Assembly (NCBI GenBank): GCA_050287085.1
Contig: JBNKBE010000003.1
Location: 111,350-175,349, forward strand
DNA from: Polyangiaceae bacterium
GTDB taxonomy: Bacteria > Myxococcota_A > Polyangia > Polyangiales > Polyangiaceae
Direction of reading: 5' to 3'
Length of the DNA stretch: 64,000 nucleotides
The notes below the pieces were generated by a model, which was not told where the DNA came from, did no database searches, and was given only the letters and a program-made list of their open reading frames with translations. A program made the position numbers and the translations under genes. Shown piece after piece: positions 18,529-28,362 of the stretch (position 1 is its first letter; the number at the start of each line of letters is the position of its first letter).

Positions 18529-20241
18529 TTAGAGCTCCATCGCGCCGAGCAGAGCTTCGGCGATCCCCGATGCAAGGTCGGTAGCAGGCGTTGTCTGTTC
18601 CCAGACCTTGCCGACCGTCACAACCCGCCGCAGATCCACGTAGACCTTGAGCTTGGGTTCCGTACCGCTTGGGCGAACGAGCACACGTCCGCTCTCACCG
18701 AGCTCAAAACGGAGGAGCGTATCGCTGGCAAGCCAGCGAGGACGCGCCTCACTTGCGACCCGGTAGTCCGTCATTTCAGTCACCGCGATGCCACAAAACT
18801 CAACCGGCGGAGCCTCCGCCAAGCGGTCCATCGCGTTAGCAATCGCCGTCTTTCCGGTCAGCGGATCACAGGTAACGCTCTTCTGAAAGCTGATCCAAAG
18901 CCCGTGCTCGACGTAGAGCTCTTCCAGCCGCTGATAGAGGCTACTGCCGCGGCTCTTCAGCTCGGCCGCTAGCTCCGCAAGCAGCAGTGCGGCCGCAATG
19001 CCATCCTTGTCCCGCACAATGTCTTCTGCGGAGTATCCGAGCGCCTCCTCAAAGCCGAAGACGAAGTGGAGGTTCTGTTCCTCATGCAGATCCAAGGCGG
19101 CGTTCCATACCCATTTGAAGCCAGTGAACGTGACTGCACAGTGGGCCCCATACTTGGCGGCGATCGACGCGAGCATGGGCGTGGAAACGATGCTGCTCGC
19201 AACCAGCGCTCGCTCTTTGCCGTGGTAGCGCCCGAGCTGATAGTCCGCAAGAAGGACACCCAGCTGATTGCCCGTGAGCTTCAGCATCGTTCCCTCGGGC
19301 TTCCGAACACACGCCGCCAATCGGTCGGCGTCCGGATCGTTCGCCAGCACGAGCTCAGCCTCCTCTCGTTCGGCCAAGGCCAGCGCAAGGGATAGCGCTC
19401 CCTCTTCTTCCGGATTCGGAAATCGGGTCGTTGGGAACGTTCCGTCGGGCTCGACCTGCTCGGCCACTGGAAACACACAAGCGAAGCCGGCGGTCGCCAA
19501 TGCACGCTTCACGGGGGCGTAGCCAACGCCATGCATCGCTGTATAGACGATCCGCAGATCCCGAGCGGGGGAAGTCTTCGGTCTCAGTCCATCGATATCC
19601 CGAAAGTAGGCCTCGACAACACCACAGGCAACAGGCTCCGCCAGTGGCTTCCCGCCCTCCATCGCGCCTGCGGCATAGGGCACGTCTTTGGCGGCCGGAG
19701 CCATCGCGATGCGAGCTGCGATCCGTTCATCCTTGGGTGCGATGATCTGGGCCCCGTTGGCGTCGTACAACTTATAGCCGTTGTCTTCCGCCGGATTGTG
19801 ACTGGCGGTGATCACTACGGCTGCTACAGCACTGTAGCGTCGCAGAGCATAGGCCACAATCGGCGTGGGGATCGGATGCTCAAAGTAGCGAACCAACAGG
19901 CCATGAGCCACTAATACCGCGCACGTATCCTCGGCAAAGACGCGACTGCTGAGACGGCCGTCGTAGCCCACGACCACGGGCAAGGAACGCGCATCTGGAT
20001 GGCTCGCGATCAACTCTTCGGCGAGGGCATGAGTGGTACGGCGCACGACCGCGCGATTCATCCGCAGCGACCCCGGCCCCACCTTGGCGCGCAGTCCAGC
20101 CGTACCAAAAGCTAGGTCTCCCGCAACCAGCTGGTGGAGCTGTTCATCGGTACCGCGCTCGATCAACAACCGGAGTTCAGCCTGTGTTTCGACGTCGCAG
20201 TCGCCGTCAGCCCAGGCTCGCGCCTTATCTTGAATGCTCAT
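18529..20241 (-). CDS. Phosphomannomutase/phosphoglucomutase (alpha-D-phosphohexomutase family)
   Basis: FGTAGLR, ITASHNP (phospho-Ser), DPDADR (metal), FEEALG, RPSGTEPKLK. Start set at ATG 20241. Confidence 0.93.
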   Translation of the reverse strand: MSIQDKARAWADGDCDVETQAELRLLIERGTDEQLHQLVAGDLAFGTAGLRAKVGPGSLRMNRAVVRRTTHALAEELIASHPDARSLPVVVGYDGRLSSRVFAEDTCAVLVAHGLLVRYFEHPIPTPIVAYALRRYSAVAAVVITASHNPAEDNGYKLYDANGAQIIAPKDERIAARIAMAPAAKDVPYAAGAMEGGKPLAEPVACGVVEAYFRDIDGLRPKTSPARDLRIVYTAMHGVGYAPVKRALATAGFACVFPVAEQVEPDGTFPTTRFPNPEEEGALSLALALAEREEAELVLANDPDADRLAACVRKPEGTMLKLTGNQLGVLLADYQLGRYHGKERALVASSIVSTPMLASIAAKYGAHCAVTFTGFKWVWNAALDLHEEQNLHFVFGFEEALGYSAEDIVRDKDGIAAALLLAELAAELKSRGSSLYQRLEELYVEHGLWISFQKSVTCDPLTGKTAIANAMDRLAEAPPVEFCGIAVTEMTDYRVASEARPRWLASDTLLRFELGESGRVLVRPSGTEPKLKVYVDLRRVVTVGKVWEQTTPATDLASGIAEALLGAMEL

Positions 20242-20248
20242 TGTTTCG

Positions 20249-21412
20249 CTAGTTCTTCCGCCCAGGACCGGCCAACTGTGTGGCGGCAATGAGGTGGGAA
20301 CGGCGCAGGGCCAATTGGCCACAAGCCGCATCCACGTCGTCGCCGCGGCGCGTACGTACAGAGCAACTCACCCCTTCTGACAGCAGCGTGGCTCGAAATG
20401 CATCGACCCGCTCGCTTCGGGGCGCACCCAAATCGGACTGCTCGATCGGATTCATTGGGATCAGATTGACCTTCACGCGAAGCCCTCGCAGCGTCCGCAC
20501 CAGGCGACGCGCGTGGGCTTCGCTGTCGTTCAGGTCGGCGATCAAGGTGTACTCGATGGTGATGCGCCGACGCTTGGGCAGGGGATATGCGCGCAGCGCT
20601 GCAATCAGCGCTGATACGTCAAAGCGCTTGTTCATCGGCATGATTTGGTCCCGCGTCTCGTTGTCGGGTGCGTGGAGCGACACTGCCAAGCCCAGCTTGC
20701 CCCCGAAATCCTCTCCCAGCTTGCGAATCCCGGGTACGAGGCCAACCGTGCTGACCGTGATCCGACGCGGGCTCATACCAAAGCCGGCTGGATGAGTGAG
20801 CAAAGCAATGGCACGACGCGTCTGCTCATAGTGGTGCAGGGGCTCGCCCATCCCCATGAAAACGATATTGCGCAGGTGCTCATCCGGGTCCAGCAGCTGC
20901 TTGGCGAGCAGCACTTGGCCCATGATTTCGTGGGCACCTAACCCGCGCGTCAGCCCCGCCTGGCCGCTGGCGCAAAACACACACCCCATGGCGCAGCCTA
21001 CCTGCGTAGAGACGCAAAGAGTTACCCGACGACGAAGCTCTTGCTCGCTGGCAGGCTCATCGTCCTCGTCGATCGCCGCGATATCGGCATCGGCACCCAA
21101 CGACGGACTCATCGGGATCAACACGCACTCGACTCGCAGCGCGTCGTGCAGGCGAAGCAGTATTTTGCGGGTACCGTCCGCCGAACGCCTCACTTCGTCG
21201 ATGACCGCCGGCGCCAGCGTGCCCTCAAGGGCGAGCTGCTCACGCAGCGCGCGAGCGAGATCCGTCATCTGCTCGGGCTCGAATACACCCCGACCATGGA
21301 TCCATTGGAAGATCTGACGAGCCCGAAAACGCGGCTCTCCGCGCGCCCCTAGCAACGCCTCCCACTCTTCGAGGGTGCGGCCCGCGGGATGGACCTCTGT
21401 GGCCTGACTCAC
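20249..21412 (-). CDS. rlmN: 23S rRNA m2A2503 / tRNA radical-SAM methyltransferase
   Basis: CVSTQVGCAMGCVFCASG (CxxxCxxC), VFMGMGEP, LAVSLHAP, VNLIP, RGDDVDAACGQL. Confidence 0.96.
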   Translation of the reverse strand: MSQATEVHPAGRTLEEWEALLGARGEPRFRARQIFQWIHGRGVFEPEQMTDLARALREQLALEGTLAPAVIDEVRRSADGTRKILLRLHDALRVECVLIPMSPSLGADADIAAIDEDDEPASEQELRRRVTLCVSTQVGCAMGCVFCASGQAGLTRGLGAHEIMGQVLLAKQLLDPDEHLRNIVFMGMGEPLHHYEQTRRAIALLTHPAGFGMSPRRITVSTVGLVPGIRKLGEDFGGKLGLAVSLHAPDNETRDQIMPMNKRFDVSALIAALRAYPLPKRRRITIEYTLIADLNDSEAHARRLVRTLRGLRVKVNLIPMNPIEQSDLGAPRSERVDAFRATLLSEGVSCSVRTRRGDDVDAACGQLALRRSHLIAATQLAGPGRKN

Positions 21413-22293
21413 GCTTCAACCTCCGCTCGCTTGGCTTCCTCCCAGTACCGATCGAGCTCGGTCAGGGGCACGCCGCGCATCGGCTTTCCGCGCTCGTCGA
21501 GCGGCCAGCGGCCGTACCCTTGAAGCACACGCTCTTCGACGTGCGCAAAGCGGCGCTGAAATTTGTCTGCAGCTCGCGCCAGAGCCGACTCCGGCTCGAT
21601 GCCCACATGGCGAGCCCAGTTGGTCATGGCAAAGAGCAGATCGCCAAACTCTTCGACCACATGCGCGGAAGGTCGCTCCGCCCCCGAGTGGCTCTTCGTC
21701 GACTCGCTAGCGGCCACCGCCTCCGCCAGCTCAGCCTGCTCTTCGCGGACTTTGGCCAAGGCGGCTTCCGCATCCGGCCAATCGAACCCAACCTCGGCGG
21801 CCTTGCGCGACAGGGCGAAAGCTCGACTCAGAGCCGGCAGGTTTCGGGGAACGCCACCGAGTAGCGGCCGCGACGCCTTTTCCTGGCGTTTGATGGCTTC
21901 CCATTGGGCCGTGACAGCCTCCGCGTCGTCTGCATCGCTATCCGCAAAGACGTGTGGATGACGGCGAACGAGCTTCTCACAGATGCCATGGACGACGTCG
22001 TCCATTCCGAAAGCTTGGCGTGCACGCATCAGCTCGGTGAGGAATACGACTTGGAGCAGCAAGTCGCCGAGCTCCTCGCACATGCTGACGTCGTCAGCGT
22101 CGTCGATCGCGTCCAACACCTCAGCCGCTTCCTCGACCACGTAGCGCTTCAACGACTCCGGGGTTTGCTCACGGTCCCACGGGCATCCGTCGGGTGCGAG
22201 CAGTCGACGCATCAAGCCAACCAGCGATGAAATGGTGCTGCCCTGCTGCTTTTCCAACTCGGGCACGGTGGGAAGGGGAAACGAGCGACTCAC
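21409..22293 (-). CDS. mazG: Nucleoside triphosphate pyrophosphohydrolase
   Basis: GCPWDREQT, EELGDLLLQVVF, KLVRRHPHVF, GFDW, EEFGDLLF, KFQRRF. Confidence 0.95.
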   Translation of the reverse strand: MSRSFPLPTVPELEKQQGSTISSLVGLMRRLLAPDGCPWDREQTPESLKRYVVEEAAEVLDAIDDADDVSMCEELGDLLLQVVFLTELMRARQAFGMDDVVHGICEKLVRRHPHVFADSDADDAEAVTAQWEAIKRQEKASRPLLGGVPRNLPALSRAFALSRKAAEVGFDWPDAEAALAKVREEQAELAEAVAASESTKSHSGAERPSAHVVEEFGDLLFAMTNWARHVGIEPESALARAADKFQRRFAHVEERVLQGYGRWPLDERGKPMRGVPLTELDRYWEEAKRAEVEA

Positions 22294-22384
22294 CGCTACG
22301 CCCTAGCACACGCGCCAGCGCCGTGGCACACGCGCTTTCACGGGCGCGTCGCAAACGCAACACCCACCCCTATTGGGAACACGC

Positions 22385-22957
22385 TCAGGCGCCCGAGCCT
22401 GTATTCATTCTCGGAAAAAGCGGCAGCGTTCGTTCCGCCGCGGTCGGACCCCGCCGGCGCCGGGGCAGTGTCGGAACCGCCGCGGGGCGGCGATTGGCGC
22501 GCAAGACCGTGCCCGGCAGACGACGTCGCAGTCGCGTGTCGGAGAGAGACAACGCTCGACGATCGGCCTCCTCGAGGACAACCTCAAGGGGAACAACAGC
22601 CCCGTCTCGGGGATCCCATCGGAAGAGTTGCCCACAATCAGCGGCCCCTTGACGAGCACGCACCAAGAAGAGCTCGCGCCCGCCGCGTCCGCAGCCGCCG
22701 ATCGGAAGAAGCCCCAGGTGCGTCAGCTGAGCGCCAGGAACGTGCAGCGTCGCTTCGTCCAGCAGTCGCCCAGGTTCGAAGAGCTCCACCACAAATAGGG
22801 CGTTGTCCGCCGAGCGGCCAGGCGGCAGCGCCATTCCCTGACCTAGACGGCGCGTAGTCTGCAGCCAACACACCACGCGCTCGTCCAGGATGAAGGGCAG
22901 CGCAAGTTGCAGGGCGCATACGTCTCGACGAGTCAACACGTGAGGGAGCGGCTTCAC
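22385..22957 (-). CDS. Hypothetical protein (strand uncertain)
   Basis: 190-aa ORF co-oriented with cysK and mazG. An antisense ORF in the same codon register (22373..22798 +) also has GC-rich third positions, so the assignment is ambiguous. Confidence 0.4.
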   Translation of the reverse strand: MKPLPHVLTRRDVCALQLALPFILDERVVCWLQTTRRLGQGMALPPGRSADNALFVVELFEPGRLLDEATLHVPGAQLTHLGLLPIGGCGRGGRELFLVRARQGAADCGQLFRWDPRDGAVVPLEVVLEEADRRALSLSDTRLRRRLPGTVLRANRRPAAVPTLPRRRRGPTAAERTLPLFPRMNTGSGA

Positions 22958-23119
22958 GGCTCGGGGTTAGCCCGTCCACGCGAGCCGGGAAAACTTTCGT
23001 CCGCGATCCGAGGTCTCCAGGCCGGCCTAGAGTACGCCAAGAAACACGTGGACGGTGGCGTAGGCGACGAGCGCTCGACGGTCGAACACCCCAGGGCGCG
23101 CCAGCTGCGACCCGCCCTG

Positions 23120-24049
23120 CTAGGCCAGATAGCGCTCGCCGGTATCGCAGAGCACCGTTACCACGTCCCCCCTCAGCGATCGCGCCAGCTCGACGGCAGC
23201 GTGCACGTTGGCGCCTGACGAGGGTCCGACGAGCAACCCCTCTTCCCGAGCCAGGCGTCCGGCCATACGGCTCGCCTCAAGATCGGTCACCGTCACCACT
23301 CGCTTCAGCAGGGTCCGGTCGAGATTATCAGGGACAAAGCCCGCACCAAGGCCCTGAATTCCGTGGAGCCCAGGCGAGCCTCCGCTCAAGACAGCACTGC
23401 GCGCCGGCTCTACCGCAACGACCTCCACTTCAGGCCGACGCTCTCGTAGCAGGCGTGCGACCCCTGTAAGCGTGCCGCCAGTTCCAACGCCCGCCACAAA
23501 ACCGACCCAATGCGGGGGTGCTTGCTCGAGCAGTTCGGCCGCTGTTGTCGCCGAATGCTCGTCCGGATTGGCCGGGTTGTCGAATTGGCTCGGCATGAAA
23601 GCCCCGGGGGTTTGCTCCAACAATTCTTCAGCCCGGGCAACGGCCCCAGCCATTCCCCACGTAGCTTCCGTGAGTTCCACCCGAGCGCCGTAGGACTCCA
23701 AGAGCACGCGGCGGGTCACGCTCATGTCCTCGGGCATCACCACAACACAGTGGTAACCCCGCACGGCCGCGATCATCGCCAAACTGATACCGGTATTGCC
23801 ACTGGTCGCTTCGATCAACGTCGCTCCGGGCGTGAGCCGTCCCTCGCGTTCGGCGCAGCGCACCATGCCGAGTGCGGGGCGGTCTTTGACGCTGCCGGCT
23901 GGGTTGAGGAACTCCGCTTTGGCCCATACCTGAGCCCCGGCATCGGAGCTGATTCGGGCAAGGCGCACAAGCGGCGTAGCTCCAATCAGCCCGAGGGCGT
24001 CGTCGCAAACGAGTAGGCCCCCCGCGGTGCGTCTGATCGTCGACATCAC
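23120..24049 (-). CDS. cysK: Cysteine synthase A (O-acetylserine sulfhydrylase)
   Basis: IGATPLVRL, NPAGSVKDR (PLP Lys), EATSGNTG, GVGTGGT, HGIQGLGAGFVP, DTGERYL. Confidence 0.94.
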   Translation of the reverse strand: MMSTIRRTAGGLLVCDDALGLIGATPLVRLARISSDAGAQVWAKAEFLNPAGSVKDRPALGMVRCAEREGRLTPGATLIEATSGNTGISLAMIAAVRGYHCVVVMPEDMSVTRRVLLESYGARVELTEATWGMAGAVARAEELLEQTPGAFMPSQFDNPANPDEHSATTAAELLEQAPPHWVGFVAGVGTGGTLTGVARLLRERRPEVEVVAVEPARSAVLSGGSPGLHGIQGLGAGFVPDNLDRTLLKRVVTVTDLEASRMAGRLAREEGLLVGPSSGANVHAAVELARSLRGDVVTVLCDTGERYLA

Positions 24050-24891
24050 GACTCCGGCTCGTCGAACAATCGGAGCGTCTCGCCCGACGCGAGCTCCAGG
24101 GGCCGCACCGCGTCGGTCTTCAGCATCACCACCAGACGATCGGAGTCCCCTTCCGCGCCCGCGACGGCCGTGCGGACGACGCCACAGTCCCGACCGGCTC
24201 CCCTCACCACGTCACCCACCTGCGCGACGCCCGGCTCACATGTCCCCATGCGGAGTCTCCGCGATACCTTGCCGCGCATATCCTGCATGCACACAACTTC
24301 TTGTCCGAGGTAACAGCCTTTGGACCACGACACTGCCAATCGATCCAGACCCGCCTCATGAGGTCGCTCCCCCGAATCGAAGTCAATTCCGAATTCCGGC
24401 AAACCATGGTCGATGCGAAAACGTGCCCAATGCTCTGCACCAAGGGGGGTCAAGGGTACGCGCGTCCCTTTTGGGAGGCACGACAGCCAGCTGCTGACTG
24501 AACCCCGCGCAAGCTTTGCCGTTTGCCCGCCAGCGGCTTCAAATAGAGCCGCGCTCTTGGCCGCGTCTGGACCGAAGCTCTCAAACCAGTCGAACTCATC
24601 CGCCCATGACAATTCGGCATCCTCCATGATGAGCATGGAGTCCAGATGAGTGAGCAGCGCCTGCCCGCGCCCCTCTGACACGGCACAAAGGGCACGCTGC
24701 CCCGTTTCCAGAACCCAAATCTCACTTTGGATCTTGCCTTTGCGATCCAGCGCCAGTCCCCAGACTGCTTCTCGCGACGTCAAGTTGCGCGTGTCGCACG
24801 TAAGGACCCCGGAGAGCCAAGGCAGACGCTCGGAACCGGTCACAGCTAGAGTCTGCCAACCCGCATGCGCAAACGTTGTCGTATGATCCAT
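24046..24891 (-). CDS. ygfZ: YgfZ/GcvT-like folate-binding protein
   Basis: Signature KGCYLGQEVV; N-terminal V.G.ER..WL.G..T.D. Confidence 0.88.
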   Translation of the reverse strand: MDHTTTFAHAGWQTLAVTGSERLPWLSGVLTCDTRNLTSREAVWGLALDRKGKIQSEIWVLETGQRALCAVSEGRGQALLTHLDSMLIMEDAELSWADEFDWFESFGPDAAKSAALFEAAGGQTAKLARGSVSSWLSCLPKGTRVPLTPLGAEHWARFRIDHGLPEFGIDFDSGERPHEAGLDRLAVSWSKGCYLGQEVVCMQDMRGKVSRRLRMGTCEPGVAQVGDVVRGAGRDCGVVRTAVAGAEGDSDRLVVMLKTDAVRPLELASGETLRLFDEPES

Positions 24892-24903
24892 GGCGGAAGT
24901 CCG

Positions 24904-25698
24904 TTACAGCTTGCGCTCTGCCAACCGGTAGATGGGGCCTTCTTTGAGCTCGACAGTGCGTTCCGCGCTCCCCGGCGTCTTCACTGTCAACTTCACCCCC
25001 CGCGCAGCATTCGCGTTGATAGCGGTCCGAAGCTCTCGCTCGTCCATCGCTCTCACGCTGCGTCCCATGACGCGCAATAGCTCATCGCCACGGCGTAGTC
25101 CCGCGCGCTCCGCCGGAGAGCGATTCAACGTCCGCGTGATGAAGGCCGAGCGAGACCGGAGCTCATAGGAAAGTCCAAGACCCAAATCAGCCCGGGCAGG
25201 CGCCAACTCAAGTTCGATTTCGGCTCCGCCTTCACATTCGATCACGATCGGGTCGAGCTGAGCCTCCTCGTGGGGATGACGAATGTCACGCGTACAGATC
25301 GGCCGGTCCACCACGCTGTTCTGCTCCCACAGCTCGATACGCAATTCAGCATCGCGGGGTACGACGTAGTTCTCCTGCGGAGAATGCGGCCAGATGGGGT
25401 GATAGCTGTCGGTGTCAATCGTCGTCCTAAACAGCTCACGCCCGTCAAGCGATACCGTCGCAAAGGAATCGGGAGCGCCCATGCCCAGCTCGTCCCAGCG
25501 CCGACCGTCTCGCGTGAGCCGCGGGATCTCGGCACGTTTGAAGGCGATGTAGAGCATGTCCGGTGGAGGGGGTGGCTCAAGTTCCGCGCCCGCGGGGGGA
25601 CGTTTCAGTGGAGTCGAAATCTCTGGATAAAGTCCGACACAAGCCGTGCCGAACAAGACCCCGAACGCCACAGACACAAGTGGGCGTCGCATCGACAT
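24904..25698 (-). CDS. Lipoprotein with C2-like and C-terminal PDZ domains
   Basis: Lipobox GTAC; 'APDSFATV...RTTIDTDSYHPIW' resembles a C2 core; GLGL...SPAERAGLRRGDELLRV is a PDZ. Start could be 25758. Confidence 0.72.
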   Translation of the reverse strand: MSMRRPLVSVAFGVLFGTACVGLYPEISTPLKRPPAGAELEPPPPPDMLYIAFKRAEIPRLTRDGRRWDELGMGAPDSFATVSLDGRELFRTTIDTDSYHPIWPHSPQENYVVPRDAELRIELWEQNSVVDRPICTRDIRHPHEEAQLDPIVIECEGGAEIELELAPARADLGLGLSYELRSRSAFITRTLNRSPAERAGLRRGDELLRVMGRSVRAMDERELRTAINANAARGVKLTVKTPGSAERTVELKEGPIYRLAERKL

Positions 25699-26277
25699 AG
25701 GTCGACGCCCAGCACCGGCTCGAGAACGCCCCATTCGCAGTAGAAAGGAAGTAGCCATGGGCCTACGACCTTAGCATACAGCGGATACGAACGAGCCAAC
25801 GAGCGCCGCAATCGCTCATTCGACCGGCCTGGTTCCGGCAGCCGTGAGAAGAGTGCGCCCAGCCAGACCCACGCCGGGTCAAGGCTGCGCCGAGCTCCGA
25901 GCACGCCGTAGTGTGGTCCGCCTCGGGCCATCTGGGAGCGTTAGAAAACTTGCAGCAGACCATATCCGAGGGCCTTGACGAGGCGCGCTGGACGCACGCG
26001 AGATCTCAATTCTCCGTCGTTCGTATCGTTCTGTGTCTGCCCCCGCACCAAGCCGCCATGGCGGGCAGTCGTTTCGCGCTCCACAGTTGCGCATTGGGTC
26101 CCTTTGCCGCATGTATGTGGTGCCCCTCAGTGCACTCAGTTGCAATCGCGTTGCATCGCCGGTCGGCGTCCGAACCCTCGGTGCAGGCGCTCGGTGAAAA
26201 GCGTGCAGTCCTGAGTCAAGGCTGGCGTCGTGTATCGAGGCGGGGTAGTTTCTAAGGGCTGAAAGGCGATCCATTTC

Positions 26278-27114
26278 GTGGCAAGATTGTTCGGATTCAT
26301 TTCTAACCGCACAGACCTTGGCCCTCGCCTACTCAAGGCCAAAGCTCGCGTTCTGGCCGAGCATCGCGGGGCAGCTCAGCGTTTGGGTTGGGGTGTCGGC
26401 TTCTTTCAAGGGGGCGAGCTTCTGCTGCGCCGCCGGCCGATTGACGAGCGGGAAACCATCGATCCATCACGCTTTGGCGAACACCTGAAGTCGGACCTCG
26501 CGATCGGTCACGTGAGAACGCCCACGGTGGGCAATCTGCGAACGGAAAACACTCACCCCTTTCGCTATCGGCATTGGTTATTCGCGCATACCGGCACGCT
26601 CGCTGAGTCAGAAGACCTGCGCGCGAGCATGGCTGAATCGCTGCCGGACTTCTTGAAACCCAATCGCCGCGGAGACACCGACAGCGAGTTGCTCTTCTAC
26701 ATGATCTTGAGCGCACTTCACGCTGGAGGACACCTGGAGCGAGAGGCCTCAGCGCCAGCCAGCATCCGGGCGGCGATCCGCGAGGCTTTGTCTCTAGTCG
26801 ATAGCCTCGCCGCAAAACTGGGCACGAGCGCTGGCGGCGGCGACCTACTGCTTACCGACGGCGAAACGCTCATCGCCGCGCACCAAAGCGGAACCCTCTT
26901 CACCTACGTGGCCAACACTGAGCAAGAATGCCGTCAGCTCTTGGCGAGCCAGGCAGAACACGTACCAAACTCCCATCTGGCCCACGCTCGCGCGAGCTTG
27001 ATCGCGGGTCCAATTGCCGCCGGCGCAGCTCATGAAGAGGGGTTTCGCTCCGTCCCCGAGCGTTCTCTCGTGACGCTCACCCGTTCCACCGAGCCGGACT
27101 TCGAGGGGATCTGA
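26278..27114 (+). CDS. Class II glutamine amidotransferase (YafJ/EgtC-like Ntn hydrolase) homologue, apparently non-catalytic
   Basis: IGHVR.PTVG, ENTHPF, WLFAH.G, GDTDSE. The N-terminus is MARLFG rather than MCRLFG. Confidence 0.85.
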   Translation: MARLFGFISNRTDLGPRLLKAKARVLAEHRGAAQRLGWGVGFFQGGELLLRRRPIDERETIDPSRFGEHLKSDLAIGHVRTPTVGNLRTENTHPFRYRHWLFAHTGTLAESEDLRASMAESLPDFLKPNRRGDTDSELLFYMILSALHAGGHLEREASAPASIRAAIREALSLVDSLAAKLGTSAGGGDLLLTDGETLIAAHQSGTLFTYVANTEQECRQLLASQAEHVPNSHLAHARASLIAGPIAAGAAHEEGFRSVPERSLVTLTRSTEPDFEGI

Positions 27115-27128
27115 GGCCCGCTGGTCTC

Positions 27129-27731
27129 TTGCTCCTGGCGGCCGGCGAGCATGCTGGGTTCCGCTTCGCCGCAAGCGTGGCGAGCGGCGCCGCGGCAGCA
27201 CTAGTGGGCTGCTCGCCACTTGCACCCCAGGTCTTGGTGCCCCCGGCGCCCCCTGCGACTCCTGTGGCCAGGGAACACCACGATTCGGCCGCGACGCAAG
27301 AGCAGCTTGCCCCACCCTCGGCTGAAGCCATGGTGCAACTCGCGCGGGAATACTTCGCCGCGGTTCGTTCCGGCTCTGCGCAGGCGCTTGAAGCCACGAT
27401 CACCCGAGACGCCGAGCTCGAGACCCGAAGCGGCCAGGGTTCGGTGACGACCATCTGGAAGCAGCGGTCTTCAGAATCGGCCCTGGCGGCGCTCGCCATT
27501 CCGACCGAACTTGAAGTCATCCCGCCCCGTCCCTCAGGCGGGACCTGGCTCGGTAGCCCAGCGCCCACCGCTGTCCACCCGGATGCCTGGGTGATCCACG
27601 CCCATGTTCCCGACGCGGAAGTGCTCTTGGGCAGCGGCGCCGAGCACTACCTATTCATCGAACAATCCGAACAAGAGCTGCTCATCGGCTACGTCCTCGA
27701 AAGCCAATACCCGCTTACATTCCAGCCTTGA
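27129..27731 (+). CDS. Hypothetical lipoprotein
   Basis: Lipobox LVGC, Pro-rich linker and a globular C-terminal region; 14 nt after the amidotransferase homologue. Confidence 0.6.
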   Translation: MLLAAGEHAGFRFAASVASGAAAALVGCSPLAPQVLVPPAPPATPVAREHHDSAATQEQLAPPSAEAMVQLAREYFAAVRSGSAQALEATITRDAELETRSGQGSVTTIWKQRSSESALAALAIPTELEVIPPRPSGGTWLGSPAPTAVHPDAWVIHAHVPDAEVLLGSGAEHYLFIEQSEQELLIGYVLESQYPLTFQP

Positions 27732-28185
27732 TCAGAAACGCCTCACCCTTCGGCACCAATTGGAGCCGATTCTCAGCAACTGCCCGCTGCCACTTGTCCC
27801 CCTCGTCGGTCGGCAATTGGTAGCTGGCGCTGTAGGTGTAGTCGACCAATACTTCCCCGTCGCGCCCGGGCGTCACACGACGATACCGAATCTCATAGCG
27901 TATCGCTTTCGACTGCACGAAACGCTCCGTCAGATACTGCTGCAAGCCCGTTCGGTCGATGTCATCGGACGCGTCGGTATTGCCGCCGTCCTCGTAGTAG
28001 TCCGGGTGCGCCATCGCGATCAGGGCAGAGACGTCCTTGTCTTCCACGGCGTGACGATACTGCTCACAGAACGCGACGATGTCACGGTTGCGAGGGGTAT
28101 CCTCGACATCCGTATTAGGAAGAAGCTGGGTCCGACACGCAGATGCGCTCAGTACAACGAGGAAGGCGAGTAGGGCCGGTTTCAT
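27715..28185 (-). CDS. NTF2/SnoaL-like fold lipoprotein
   Basis: Signal peptide with ASAC lipobox; 'YRHAVEDKDVSALIAMAHPDYYED' helix pattern followed by beta strands. Confidence 0.75.
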   Translation of the reverse strand: MKPALLAFLVVLSASACRTQLLPNTDVEDTPRNRDIVAFCEQYRHAVEDKDVSALIAMAHPDYYEDGGNTDASDDIDRTGLQQYLTERFVQSKAIRYEIRYRRVTPGRDGEVLVDYTYSASYQLPTDEGDKWQRAVAENRLQLVPKGEAFLIKAGM

Positions 28186-28362
28186 GGCTTTACTGGAGGG
28201 TCAACACAGGCAACAACGCGGATGCGGCCATGCGTATTCCAAGCGACCGCTCTTCTAACGTGTTTGCCCAAGACCCGGGCAAAAAGTCACCGCCTCGCGC
28301 AACGCCCCTGGCCTCTGGGCCAAGGGCTGCAGCGAACTCCATGCGGCGGCCGTCGAGCAGCG

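Noticed and set aside
26131..26155. TGCAA-N5-TTGCA inverted repeat in the divergent intergenic region
   Set aside because: Too short to distinguish from chance without comparative data.
26278..27114. Ergothioneine pathway (EgtC, with the FGE-domain gene as EgtB)
   Set aside because: The catalytic Cys is missing, the FGE-domain gene is 33 kb away and lacks a DinB-like domain, and there is no egtA or egtD.
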